Positions 34,681 to 43,023 of a stretch of DNA of 64,000 nucleotides are shown here, piece after piece. The stretch is taken from assembly GCA_016213445.1 (NCBI GenBank), contig JACRAJ010000001.1:142203-206202 (forward strand), read 5' to 3'. The stretch is from Candidatus Azambacteria bacterium (GTDB taxonomy: Bacteria; Patescibacteriota; Minisyncoccia; UBA10092). Every line of letters begins with the position of its first letter. Within the stretch, counting starts at the first letter, position 1. The notes under the pieces are model-generated. The model saw only the letters and a list, made by a program, of their open reading frames with translations. It searched no databases and was not told the origin of the DNA. Made by a program: the position numbers and the translations under genes.

Positions 34681-35011
34681 TCATAAAATATATAACTGGG
34701 TACAATGTTTCTCCGTCGCTCAGACGTCGTGTACGAGAGTACTCGTCCACGCGATCTTCGCTAGGAGAAATAAAATCGGCTATAATATTCGTGGCAGTAG
34801 GTGAATATGCGGACGGTCAAGGCTTTCCGCTACCGAACCCAGTATCCATGCGTCGAGAGTATCCGCGGCCACGGTTTCGGATAGAGTGGTGCATGCAGAA
34901 ACTTCAATAAAAAAGAAGATACTTGGCGCGAGACATTAAGGCATTGCGATGCCGGATTCGATTCAGTCCTGAGAGTATTCGAGGGGCGGTGATATGGAAG
35001 ATGTTTCGCGC

Positions 35012-35142
35012 AATCCGACGGCGATTCGAACTTGCTGAACGCGAACCGTAACGACGATGGTCGCTGGCTCAACGCGTACAACGACAGGCCTGACAACAGG
35101 TGGAATCGTGACAACGGGTTCGCGTTCGCCGTGTCGCAAATC
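35012..35142 (+). repeat. DGR template repeat (TR)
   Basis: Reads ...NLLNANRNDDGRWLNAYNDRPDNRWNRDNGFAFAVSQ and is rich in AAC codons. Same orientation as the VR. It ends 3 nt from the avd stop codon, which lies on the other strand. Confidence 0.9.
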
Positions 35143-35145
35143 TCT

Positions 35146-35547
35146 TCATTTCTCTCCGGCTTTTGCTGGAGAGTTTTGTTTTGCGAGCTGACCGTTCCAA
35201 CCGCCGAGCATCTTGCCGGCTTCATCCAGTTTTACGGAAAGAGCGATGTATTTTTTATCGTCGAGGGATTTCGTTTCCCAGAGCACCAAAAGAAGTACGC
35301 GGAGAGTGTCCGCTTTCTTGATTGCGAGACGAACATACGGATGTTTCTCCGCCGGTGAAAGGAAACTGGCGGCCGATATCGCTTCTATCACTTCGACAAA
35401 TAAAGTGTCGATGCGCTGGCCGAGAGAATGACGATGCACCTTGGGCAAGTCCTGATAAAATTTGTACCACAAAAGGTACGACTCCTTGACTTTATTTAAA
35501 ACCGGTAAAATTCTTAATGGTTGGTTGGTTGCCACCGTTATGCCCAA
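35146..35547 (-). CDS. avd: DGR accessory variability determinant (Avd, four-helix-bundle protein)
   Basis: 133 aa. Contains ESYLLWYKFYQDLPKVHRHSLGQRIDTLFVEVIEAI, matching the pattern of the Avd / 23S-rRNA-IVS four-helix-bundle family. Confidence 0.85.
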   Translation of the reverse strand: MGITVATNQPLRILPVLNKVKESYLLWYKFYQDLPKVHRHSLGQRIDTLFVEVIEAISAASFLSPAEKHPYVRLAIKKADTLRVLLLVLWETKSLDDKKYIALSVKLDEAGKMLGGWNGQLAKQNSPAKAGEK

Positions 35548-36553
35548 AATTAGATTTCAACATACATATAATAATATCATTTTCCTCGAAAATATCCTCG
35601 AGGCGTGGAAAGAATTTGTCCGCGGCAAGCGAGCGCGTAAAGACGTGCAGGAATTCGAGCGAGATTTGATGACGAATCTTATCGCGCTCCACCGTGAGCT
35701 TGCCGCCAAAAAATATTCTCACTCGGCATATCAGCATTTCAAAATTGCCGATCCGAAACCGCGCGATATACATAAAGCCAGCGTTCGGGACCGGCTTTTG
35801 CATCACGCGTTGCACAGGCAGCTGTCGCCATTTTTCGCAAAGACGTTTATTTCCGACTCGAATTCATGCCAAGACGGTAAAGGGACGCACCGCGCGCTCC
35901 GCAGATTCAGAAAATTCATCGGCATCGTTTCGGAAAACAATATCCGGACGGTATGGGTGCTTAAGTGCGACATTAGAAAGTTTTTCGCAAACATAGATCA
36001 TTCGATCCTATTGGATATAGCCGCAAAATATATTCCCGATCAAGACATTCTCGATCTCGTGTCGATCATCGTCCGGAGCTTTCATTCAAACGTCGTCGGC
36101 GTAGGACTTCCGCTCGGCAATCTGACGTCCCAGCTTTTGGTGAACATTTACATGAATGAATTCGACCAATTTATGAAGCATCGCATCAAGGCGAAATACT
36201 ATCTACGCTACGCCGACGACTTTGCCGTTCTTTCTACAGACAAGACGTACCTTGAGGCCATTCTGCCGGCGATGCAGGAATTTTTAGGAAGCAAGCTCAA
36301 GCTCTCCATGCATCCGGATAAGATTTTTATTCAGACCGTCGCTTCGGGCGTCGACTTTCTCGGCTGGGTGCATTTTCCGGATCATCAGGTCTTGAGGACG
36401 ACGACCAAAAAGAGGATGTTCAGAAATATAAAAGCGAAGGATGGAAAGGAAGAAACGGTGCAGTCATATCTTGGACTCATCGGCCACGGTAACAGCTGGA
36501 AATTGCGACATAAAATTCTCGATAAAGCATCCAAGCTCAAGCCTTCCAATTAA
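35540..36553 (+). CDS. DGR reverse transcriptase
   Basis: The start is taken at MPKIRFQ. Motifs seen: PKPRDIHKASVRDRLLHHAL, LPLGNLTSQLLVNIYM (the DGR-type SQ motif) and YLRYADDFAVLS. Confidence 0.9.
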   Translation: MPKIRFQHTYNNIIFLENILEAWKEFVRGKRARKDVQEFERDLMTNLIALHRELAAKKYSHSAYQHFKIADPKPRDIHKASVRDRLLHHALHRQLSPFFAKTFISDSNSCQDGKGTHRALRRFRKFIGIVSENNIRTVWVLKCDIRKFFANIDHSILLDIAAKYIPDQDILDLVSIIVRSFHSNVVGVGLPLGNLTSQLLVNIYMNEFDQFMKHRIKAKYYLRYADDFAVLSTDKTYLEAILPAMQEFLGSKLKLSMHPDKIFIQTVASGVDFLGWVHFPDHQVLRTTTKKRMFRNIKAKDGKEETVQSYLGLIGHGNSWKLRHKILDKASKLKPSN

Positions 36554-36832
36554 GTCGGTCATATTTACTTACTTAAGCAAATCGTCCCAAGGGTTTAAAT
36601 TTGGTCAAACCTGTGATCGAGGGTGCAAGATGGATCAAACGTCGATCCTCGGCACAAAGCTCGCCACTGGGGCAAATAATTGGGCAAAAAAGGTTACTTA
36701 CCGGCATTCAGGAAGTCGTAGTTATAGAACTTGGCAACTTTCTTGATATTGTTCATTTTTTCGCGTACCGTGATCATATACTGCTTGTCTTCAAGCACGG
36801 TTATGAGACCGGACAAGTCGCGACCCAAAAAC

Positions 36833-36865
36833 AAAAACCAGCCGCTTCAAGCGGCTGGTTTTTGT
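36833..36865. terminator. Bidirectional intrinsic terminator
   Basis: An A-run, then CCAGCCGC-TTCAA-GCGGCTGG, then a T-run. Lies between the DGR island and htrA. Confidence 0.65.
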
Positions 36866-36866
36866 T

Positions 36867-37925
36867 TTACTTCATTTCTTCGAGGACTACCGTGGCGGAA
36901 ATTTCTTCGCCGCCGCGCCTCAAAATTTTTAAATGGATTTTGTCGCCGACTTCGTGTTTTTGTATCAAATCGGAGAGCGGAAGGTCTTTGGTTATTTTTT
37001 GCTTATCAATTTCAAGAACAATGTCGTGTTCCAAAATTCCCGCTTTGTCAGCCGGGCTGTTTGGCAAAACGCCGTAATCGCCGGGTGTCGCTTCCGGAAC
37101 GACAAAAGCGCCGTAATCCACGGGCAAGTTGTGCCTCATTTTTAAGACAGGGTCTATTAAAATGTATCGCAATCCCAAAAACGGAGCCCGAATGCGCCCG
37201 TATTTTTTTATGTCGACAAGGGCTTTTTTGGCGGAGTTGATGGGAATGGCGAATCCGATATTCTGGGCGCCGAAAACCACGGCCGAGTTGATGCCGATGG
37301 CTTTGCCGTCTATGTCAACCAATGGGCCTCCGGAATTTCCCGGATTGATGGCCGCGTCAGTTTGGATAACGCCGCGAAGTTCTTGTTGCTGGCCGTCAAT
37401 CCCGGCTTGAGCGGTGATGTGGCGCGAAAGGCCCGAAACAATGCCGGTTGAAACCGTGTTTTGGAATTGTCCCAAAGCGTTGCCGATGGCGACAACGGTT
37501 TGTCCCAGTTCCAGATTTGAAGATTCGCCGAGTTCGATATAAGGCAGATTATTGCCTTCGATTTTAAGAATGGCCACATCGTTGATGGGGTCGCGGGCAA
37601 CCACTTTGGCGTGGAATTTTTTTCCTTCGTTGGTTACCACGGTGTAGTCGGCCTTAGGGTCGATTACCACGTGTTTGTTGGTTAAAACAAAACCGTCTTT
37701 TGAAACAATAAATCCCGAACCGCCGCCGATTTTGATGCGGCCGTGCTCGTCAAACATTTCCGGCGGAATTTGTTTGTATAGTTCTTTCGGGTCGAATCCA
37801 AACGGCAAAAACGGAAAAAAGTCCGGAAAATTTTCCAGCTTGGGAAGATTTTTGGCGATAACGATGGAAACAACCGCCGGCGCGCATTTTTTAACCACTT
37901 TAATGATTGGAGATTTTTCAGCCAT
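36867..37925 (-). CDS. htrA: HtrA/DegP-family serine protease with PDZ domain
   Basis: 352 aa. Contains TNKHVV, DVAILKI, and GNSGGPL around the catalytic Ser. A C-terminal PDZ domain is present. Confidence 0.9.
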   Translation of the reverse strand: MAEKSPIIKVVKKCAPAVVSIVIAKNLPKLENFPDFFPFLPFGFDPKELYKQIPPEMFDEHGRIKIGGGSGFIVSKDGFVLTNKHVVIDPKADYTVVTNEGKKFHAKVVARDPINDVAILKIEGNNLPYIELGESSNLELGQTVVAIGNALGQFQNTVSTGIVSGLSRHITAQAGIDGQQQELRGVIQTDAAINPGNSGGPLVDIDGKAIGINSAVVFGAQNIGFAIPINSAKKALVDIKKYGRIRAPFLGLRYILIDPVLKMRHNLPVDYGAFVVPEATPGDYGVLPNSPADKAGILEHDIVLEIDKQKITKDLPLSDLIQKHEVGDKIHLKILRRGGEEISATVVLEEMK

Positions 37926-38031
37926 GATTTTGGTATTTTAATTTGAATTTTAATACTATTTAGTATATTGTATAACATATAAATTGTAAACAAATTTTAA
38001 TTAATAATATTTATAATTCTTAAAAAGTTCA

Positions 38032-38103
38032 GCCCTTGTAGTTCAACGGATAGAACAGCACACTCCTAGCGTGCGGATCGAGGTCCGACTCCTCGCGAGG
38101 GCA
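38032..38103 (+). tRNA. tRNA-Arg (anticodon CCT)
   Basis: Acceptor GCCCTTG/CGAGGGC. Anticodon loop CTCCTAG, with an A31-C39 mismatch in the stem. T arm CGAGG-TCCGACT-CCTCG. Confidence 0.8.
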
Positions 38104-38106
38104 TAG

Positions 38107-38177
38107 GGGCCTATAGTAAAATGGTATTACACATCCATGGCATGGATGAGGTTGGGGTCCGATTCCCCATAGGTCCA
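38107..38177 (+). tRNA. tRNA-Ala (anticodon GGC)
   Basis: Acceptor GGGCCTA/TAGGTCC carries G3:U70. Anticodon arm CATCC-ATGGCAT-GGATG. It begins 3 nt after tRNA-Arg. Confidence 0.85.
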
Positions 38178-38231
38178 CCGGGAAAAAATTTTGCAAATTT
38201 TTGATCTTTAAAACTGCAAAGGAGGAGTGTT

Positions 38232-38489
38232 ATGAAAACGAAAATATGTATTTTCGCGTTTGTTTTTGCGGCGGTTGCGGTCTTTTTTAGTTCCGTCGCG
38301 CAGGCTCTAGATTGCAGGTTTGTGTTTGTAAATAATGAAGGGCGTATTATTTATGATGAGTGGCAATCAAGGCGAGAATCCGAGATAAAAATGATCGAAA
38401 GCATTAAAAATAACAATCCTCCGTTGTATAAATGGATTGAATGCGAACCGGAGGAAGAAGATAACGAAATCGAAATAAGGTTTTCTTAA
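38232..38489 (+). CDS. Small secreted hypothetical protein
   Basis: 85 aa with AAAGGAGGAG upstream and a signal peptide (…FSSVAQA). Confidence 0.6.
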   Translation: MKTKICIFAFVFAAVAVFFSSVAQALDCRFVFVNNEGRIIYDEWQSRRESEIKMIESIKNNNPPLYKWIECEPEEEDNEIEIRFS

Positions 38490-38619
38490 AATTCGAAAGC
38501 CGTTAAAAGGCTCAACGCACTGAGCCTTTTATATTTTCCGCTATTGATTTATTCGCGGCATTTATTATAATTCCAATTATGTTTTTATTTACAGATAAAA
38601 ATAAAAACACAATAAAACA

Positions 38620-38982
38620 TTGAGTAATAAATTTAAAGGCAAGCTTCTTGCCATTGACGCTTTCGGCGTAGAAAACAAAAAACTGACAAATAAAAAATAT
38701 TTGGCATCAATGCTTGAGGAAATCCCTCGCAAGCTTGGCATGCATATACTGAAAAAACCGGCGATTGAAGAAATCAAATCCGACAGGTATCCAAACACGG
38801 GCTTGTCGGGTTTTGTGATTCTCTACGAAAGCCATGTGTCTTTTCACACCTGGCCCGAAGAAAATTATATAGCCGTCGACATTTTTTCCTGCAACGACTT
38901 CAAAGAAAAAACGGCCGTGAAATGTTTTAAAGAGTTGTTAAATCCCAAAAAACTGAAGTCAAAATCAATAATCCGCGGATAA
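38620..38982 (+). CDS. speH: S-adenosylmethionine decarboxylase proenzyme (SpeH type)
   Basis: 120 aa. Contains the self-cleavage and pyruvoyl motif VILYESHVSFHTWPEENYIAVDIFSC. Confidence 0.85.
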   Translation: MSNKFKGKLLAIDAFGVENKKLTNKKYLASMLEEIPRKLGMHILKKPAIEEIKSDRYPNTGLSGFVILYESHVSFHTWPEENYIAVDIFSCNDFKEKTAVKCFKELLNPKKLKSKSIIRG

Positions 38983-39127
38983 TTTTTGGATTGATGGCGT
39001 TATTGAAAAATATAGAAAATTTGTGTAAGCTTGTAAGATATAAGCAAGCCGCGGTAGCGAAGCGGGTGAAAGCGAGCGAGGGAGCTTTCACGGGCGTTCA
39101 TTAAATAGAAGATATAATTCCCAAAGT

Positions 39128-39199
39128 GCCGCGGTAGCTCAGTGGTAGAGCGCATCCCTGAAGAGGATGGCGTCGACAGTTCGATTCTGTCCCGCGGCA
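39128..39199 (+). tRNA. tRNA-Phe (anticodon GAA)
   Basis: Acceptor GCCGCGG/CCGCGGC, anticodon arm CATCC-CTGAAGA-GGATG, T arm GACAG-TTCGATT-CTGTC. It is flanked by a 14-nt inverted repeat. Confidence 0.9.
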
Positions 39200-39212
39200 C
39201 TTTGGGAATTAT

Positions 39213-39244
39213 AAAAACGACCCCGCAGCTGCGGGGTCGTTTTT
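39213..39244. terminator. Bidirectional intrinsic terminator
   Basis: An A-run, then CGACCCCGC-AGCT-GCGGGGTCG, then a T-run. Confidence 0.65.
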
Positions 39245-39268
39245 GAAATATGCACGATTTTATATCCG

Positions 39269-40015
39269 TTATAATCCGAAAATTTTGAGGAAATTTTTAA
39301 ATAAAGATGACGGTTTAACGGGAGGGGTCGAGGGGGTCTCGGGCGTTTCCGCCGGTTTTTCCTGAAGCGTTATTACAGGCTTTACGAGAATCGAAAGCGC
39401 GTTGCTTATTATATTATTAGTTTTATCAAATACGCCCTTTACCGTAACTTGAACGCCTTCCGCAATCGGAGTTTTTACGAATACTTCATCGCCGTTAGCC
39501 AAAACCAATGTAAAGCCGTCTATTGCCGTATTTTTAACGGTGCCGGAAACCGATTGGTGATAATCTTTGGTCTCCAAATTTCTCATCGTTGCCGCCCTGA
39601 TGGTTTTTGAATCGGCGGAAAGCCACCCTAAAACATTAATTTTGTCGCCGGCCTGAAAATCGGTTAACAGCGTCGGCTCCTGGTTATTGCCCAGAAGAGT
39701 AGTCCTTTCATCTATCTGAACTATATAGTTATTGTCTTTACCTTCGTTGAAAATACAGGGCAATGGTTTGTCGGTCTTGCCGTTTTCATAAACAGAGCAG
39801 GAACCGCTGTTTTTTTGGACAACCTCAAGAGAAACCGGCGGCTCGTCCGCCGCGGGGCTTTTAAAAATTTCCAGAGCGTTGAATTGATAAAAACCGGCCG
39901 CCGCCACATTTGGGTTTTGAGCGGCGAAACTGTAAGAAGAAACCAATAAAATTACTGCGAAAAAAAGGCTTGATACAGCCAATAACTTGCTTATCTTATG
40001 ATTTTTTATAAACAT
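39269..40015 (-). CDS. Secreted hypothetical protein
   Basis: 248 aa with a signal peptide (…SSYSFAA) and a Pro/Thr-rich C-terminal segment. Confidence 0.65.
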   Translation of the reverse strand: MFIKNHKISKLLAVSSLFFAVILLVSSYSFAAQNPNVAAAGFYQFNALEIFKSPAADEPPVSLEVVQKNSGSCSVYENGKTDKPLPCIFNEGKDNNYIVQIDERTTLLGNNQEPTLLTDFQAGDKINVLGWLSADSKTIRAATMRNLETKDYHQSVSGTVKNTAIDGFTLVLANGDEVFVKTPIAEGVQVTVKGVFDKTNNIISNALSILVKPVITLQEKPAETPETPSTPPVKPSSLFKNFLKIFGL

Positions 40016-40207
40016 GATTTATGGTTTTATGAATAATTAAACAATTTGGTTTCTACACCGGTTTTAATGGTAGCGCAAAAACGCTATTTTCGCAAGTCTT
40101 CCGGGCAGTGAAAGTTCGACACCCCGCTTTGCGTAGTTTTTCATCGAGTCGAATTTCTACCATCCGGTCTTGCCAAAGCGCGAAATTTTGGTAGAATAAT
40201 GAAAATC

Positions 40208-40279
40208 GCGGGTGTCGTATAGTGGCTATTATACTTCCTTGCCAAGGAAGAGACGGCAGTTCGATTCTGCTCACCCGCT
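40208..40279 (+). tRNA. tRNA-Gly (anticodon GCC)
   Basis: Acceptor GCGGGTG/CACCCGC, anticodon arm CTTCC-TTGCCAA-GGAAG. Confidence 0.9.
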
Positions 40280-40387
40280 CAAGACAGGAAATTGTTTTTT
40301 TGACAAAACAAGATTTATTTGTTAAAATTGCTTCATCACTTAATTAATCGATTTAGATGATGTCTAAATTTTTAGGAAATTACCAAT

Positions 40388-41908
40388 ATGATTCTATATT
40401 TAACAGGCGCCTTGGCTTTGGCGGCAGGGGCGTTTTTAGGCTATTTAATCCGCCAATCAATTGGGGCGCGCAGCGCGAACTCGATAGAAGCTAAAATAAA
40501 GCGCCAGCTTGAAGAATCGAAAACTCAAGCAAAAGAGGTTTTAATCGAGGCTAAAGACAAAGCCGTAAAAATTCTTGAAGACGCCAAACACCAGGAACAC
40601 GAACGTTTGGCTATTTTGGCGCGCCAGGAAGATCGCCTCAATCTTCAGCTGAAAAAAATTGAACAAAAAGAAGGAGATTTGGAAGGTGCTAAAAAAGATT
40701 TGGAGCGGCAGACCGATCAGATAAAAGCCATTCATCAGGAAGCGGATGTTTTAAAGAAAAAAGGCGAAGAAACGCTTGAACAAATTTCCGGTTTAAGCCG
40801 CGAAGAAGCAAAAGCTAAATTAATCGTCCAGATTGAGGAAGAATCGAAAGCCGATCTTGCGGCGGCGATTCAAAAAATGGAAAGAAACCGGATTGAGGAA
40901 CTTGAAAAGAAAGCGCGGGGGATAATGACCGTGGCAATCCAGCGATGCGCCAGGTCTCACGTTAGCGAAATTACCACCTCAACGGTTAATCTTCCTTCCG
41001 ACGAGTTAAAGGGCCGAATTATCGGCAAGGAGGGCAGAAATATCCGCACACTCGAACGGCTTACGGGCGTTGAAGTGATAGTCGATGAAACGCCGGAAGC
41101 CATTACTCTTTCTTCATTCGATCCTTTGCGGCGGGAAATCGCCAAAACGGCTCTTTTAAGATTAATGTCCGACGGCCGCATCCAGCCGGCAAAAATTGAG
41201 GAGAAAGTTGAAGAAGCTAAAAAAGAAGTTTCAAAGAAAGTCATGGAAGCCGGCGAAGCGGCTTTATACGAGGTTGGAATTTTGGATTTGCCTAAAGAGG
41301 TTGTGATGCTTTTAGGGCGGCTCGCGTTTCGCACCAGTTATGGACAGAACGTGCTTTTGCATTCCATTGAAATGGCGCATGTCGCCAATATGCTGGCCAA
41401 GGAACTCGGCGCCAATGCCGAAGTCGCCAAAAAAGCGGCTTTGCTTCACGATATCGGAAAAGCCGTGGATCATGAAATAGAGGGCACGCATTTGGAACTC
41501 GGAAGGAAAATTCTCCAAAAATATGGCATCGAACAGCCGATTATCGCGGCTATGGAATCTCATCATGAAGATTATCCGTTTTCAACGCCGGAATCGTTTA
41601 TCGTGGCGGCGGCCGATATTATTTCCGGCGCCCGGCCCGGTGCTCGCCGCGACTCGGTTGAAAACTATATCAAGCGATTAACCGAGCTTGAAAATATAGC
41701 CAATTCTTTTGCCGGCGTTGAAAAATCGTACGCTATTTCGGCCGGCAGGGAAATAAGAATTTTTGTCCATCCGGAAAAGATCGACGATTTGAAAGCGCTT
41801 CAGCTCGCCAAAGAATTGGCGAAAAAAATAGAAAGCGAATTAAGATACCCGGGCGAAATCAAAGTGAATGTGATTCGGGAAACTCGCGCGGTTGAATATG
41901 CGAGATAA
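40388..41908 (+). CDS. rny: Ribonuclease Y
   Basis: 506 aa. Has an N-terminal TM, a coiled coil, a KH domain (GRIIGKEGRNIRTLE) and an HD domain (LLHDIGKA). Confidence 0.95.
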   Translation: MILYLTGALALAAGAFLGYLIRQSIGARSANSIEAKIKRQLEESKTQAKEVLIEAKDKAVKILEDAKHQEHERLAILARQEDRLNLQLKKIEQKEGDLEGAKKDLERQTDQIKAIHQEADVLKKKGEETLEQISGLSREEAKAKLIVQIEEESKADLAAAIQKMERNRIEELEKKARGIMTVAIQRCARSHVSEITTSTVNLPSDELKGRIIGKEGRNIRTLERLTGVEVIVDETPEAITLSSFDPLRREIAKTALLRLMSDGRIQPAKIEEKVEEAKKEVSKKVMEAGEAALYEVGILDLPKEVVMLLGRLAFRTSYGQNVLLHSIEMAHVANMLAKELGANAEVAKKAALLHDIGKAVDHEIEGTHLELGRKILQKYGIEQPIIAAMESHHEDYPFSTPESFIVAAADIISGARPGARRDSVENYIKRLTELENIANSFAGVEKSYAISAGREIRIFVHPEKIDDLKALQLAKELAKKIESELRYPGEIKVNVIRETRAVEYAR

Positions 41909-42000
41909 ACGCTTGTCAAAAACAGTTGCCTACGGCAACTGTTTTTGTTAAAATTTGATATTATAATTCGATTTTAATTTAAAATTAAGCATATAAAATT

Positions 42001-42273
42001 ATGAATAAAGACAAACTTGTCGATTCGGTTGCGGCGAAGCTCGGTTCAACCAAGGCCGAAGCCGAAAGGGCCGTTAACGCCATTGTTGACGAAATTACAG
42101 GCGCTCTTTCACGGGGCGAAGAAGTTTCTTTAACCGGCTTTGGAACTTTCGAGGTGTCGTCGAGGCAGGCGCGAGCCGGCGTTAATCCGCGAACCGGCGA
42201 AAAAATCCAAATCGCCGCCGTCAAAGTGCCGAAATTCCGCGCCGGCAAAAACCTTAAAGAAGCGGTGAGATAA
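42001..42273 (+). CDS. hup: HU-family DNA-binding protein
   Basis: 90 aa. Contains GFGTFEVSSRQARAGVNPRTGEKIQIAAVKVPKFRAGK. Confidence 0.95.
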   Translation: MNKDKLVDSVAAKLGSTKAEAERAVNAIVDEITGALSRGEEVSLTGFGTFEVSSRQARAGVNPRTGEKIQIAAVKVPKFRAGKNLKEAVR

Positions 42274-42287
42274 AATTTTACTTTTTA

Positions 42288-42320
42288 CAAAAAACACCCC
42301 CGCGGCCGCGGGGGTGTTTT
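42288..42320 (+). terminator. Intrinsic terminator after hup
   Basis: ACACCCCCGC-GGCC-GCGGGGGTGT followed by TTTT. Confidence 0.7.
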
Positions 42321-42439
42321 AGTGAGTATCTTTACGATTCCGCTCGAACTTACTTTATCAAAAATTCCTGAACACTAAGGAAGCCGCCCCGCCGCCTGCT
42401 CGCTCAGAGCAGGGCCAAGCAAAATACTCTTTTCCTTTG

Positions 42440-42510
42440 AGCGGGATGCGAGAATCGGACTCGCGCCCATACCTTGGAAGGGTATTGTACTGCCACTATA
42501 CGAATCCCGC
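42440..42510 (-). tRNA. tRNA-Gly (anticodon TCC)
   Basis: Acceptor GCGGGAT/ATCCCGC, anticodon arm ATACC-CTTCCAA-GGTAT, T arm GCGAG-TCCGATT-CTCGC. Confidence 0.9.
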
Positions 42511-42638
42511 TTTTGTTTGATTTTACTTGTTTTTTCCGGATTTTTCAACATTTTTCAACAAAACCCCTCGCCATCCGGCGAGGGGTTTTGCGTCTAAAAA
42601 TTTTTTGTAATGCGACCTTTCCTGTTATATATAACGAT

Positions 42639-43007
42639 TCAACCGGCCGTTTTGGTTTCCTCTTTCGCCAAAGTTAATTGCGCCAAAGACAATATGAAAT
42701 TCTTAAACATTAAAATAATCATCGCCAAGGAACCTAAAATCGACAATTGAACGACAAACCGAGTTTTGAAAAAAGTGTTGAAAGCGAACGCGCCCCATAT
42801 TTCCGGATTAAGCGAATTATTGGCTAAAATTTGTCCGGCGTATTGCATTACTTTGGAGACGAAAACATAGTGGCCGATAAGAAAAACAAAACCGGCAAAC
42901 AGCGCCGATTCGATTAAAATATACGGAGCGATTTTTTTGGCAAACCAAATGAAATAAACGCGCCTCATTATCCGTTCGCGAATTGAATTGTTATTGTTTA
43001 TATTCAT
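42639..43007 (-). CDS. Membrane protein, putative anti-sigma factor (by position only)
   Basis: 122 aa with 3 hydrophobic helices. It lies immediately downstream of the ECF sigma gene. Confidence 0.45.
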   Translation of the reverse strand: MNINNNNSIRERIMRRVYFIWFAKKIAPYILIESALFAGFVFLIGHYVFVSKVMQYAGQILANNSLNPEIWGAFAFNTFFKTRFVVQLSILGSLAMIILMFKNFILSLAQLTLAKEETKTAG

Positions 43008-43023
43008 TTTTTATTGTTTATAT

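Noticed and set aside
34830-35358. ORFs 35032-35358 (+) and 34830-35225 (-) over the template repeat
   Set aside because: The plus ORF is simply the TR read in the VR frame and then runs antisense into avd. The TR is a non-coding template, and there is no RBS or start context.
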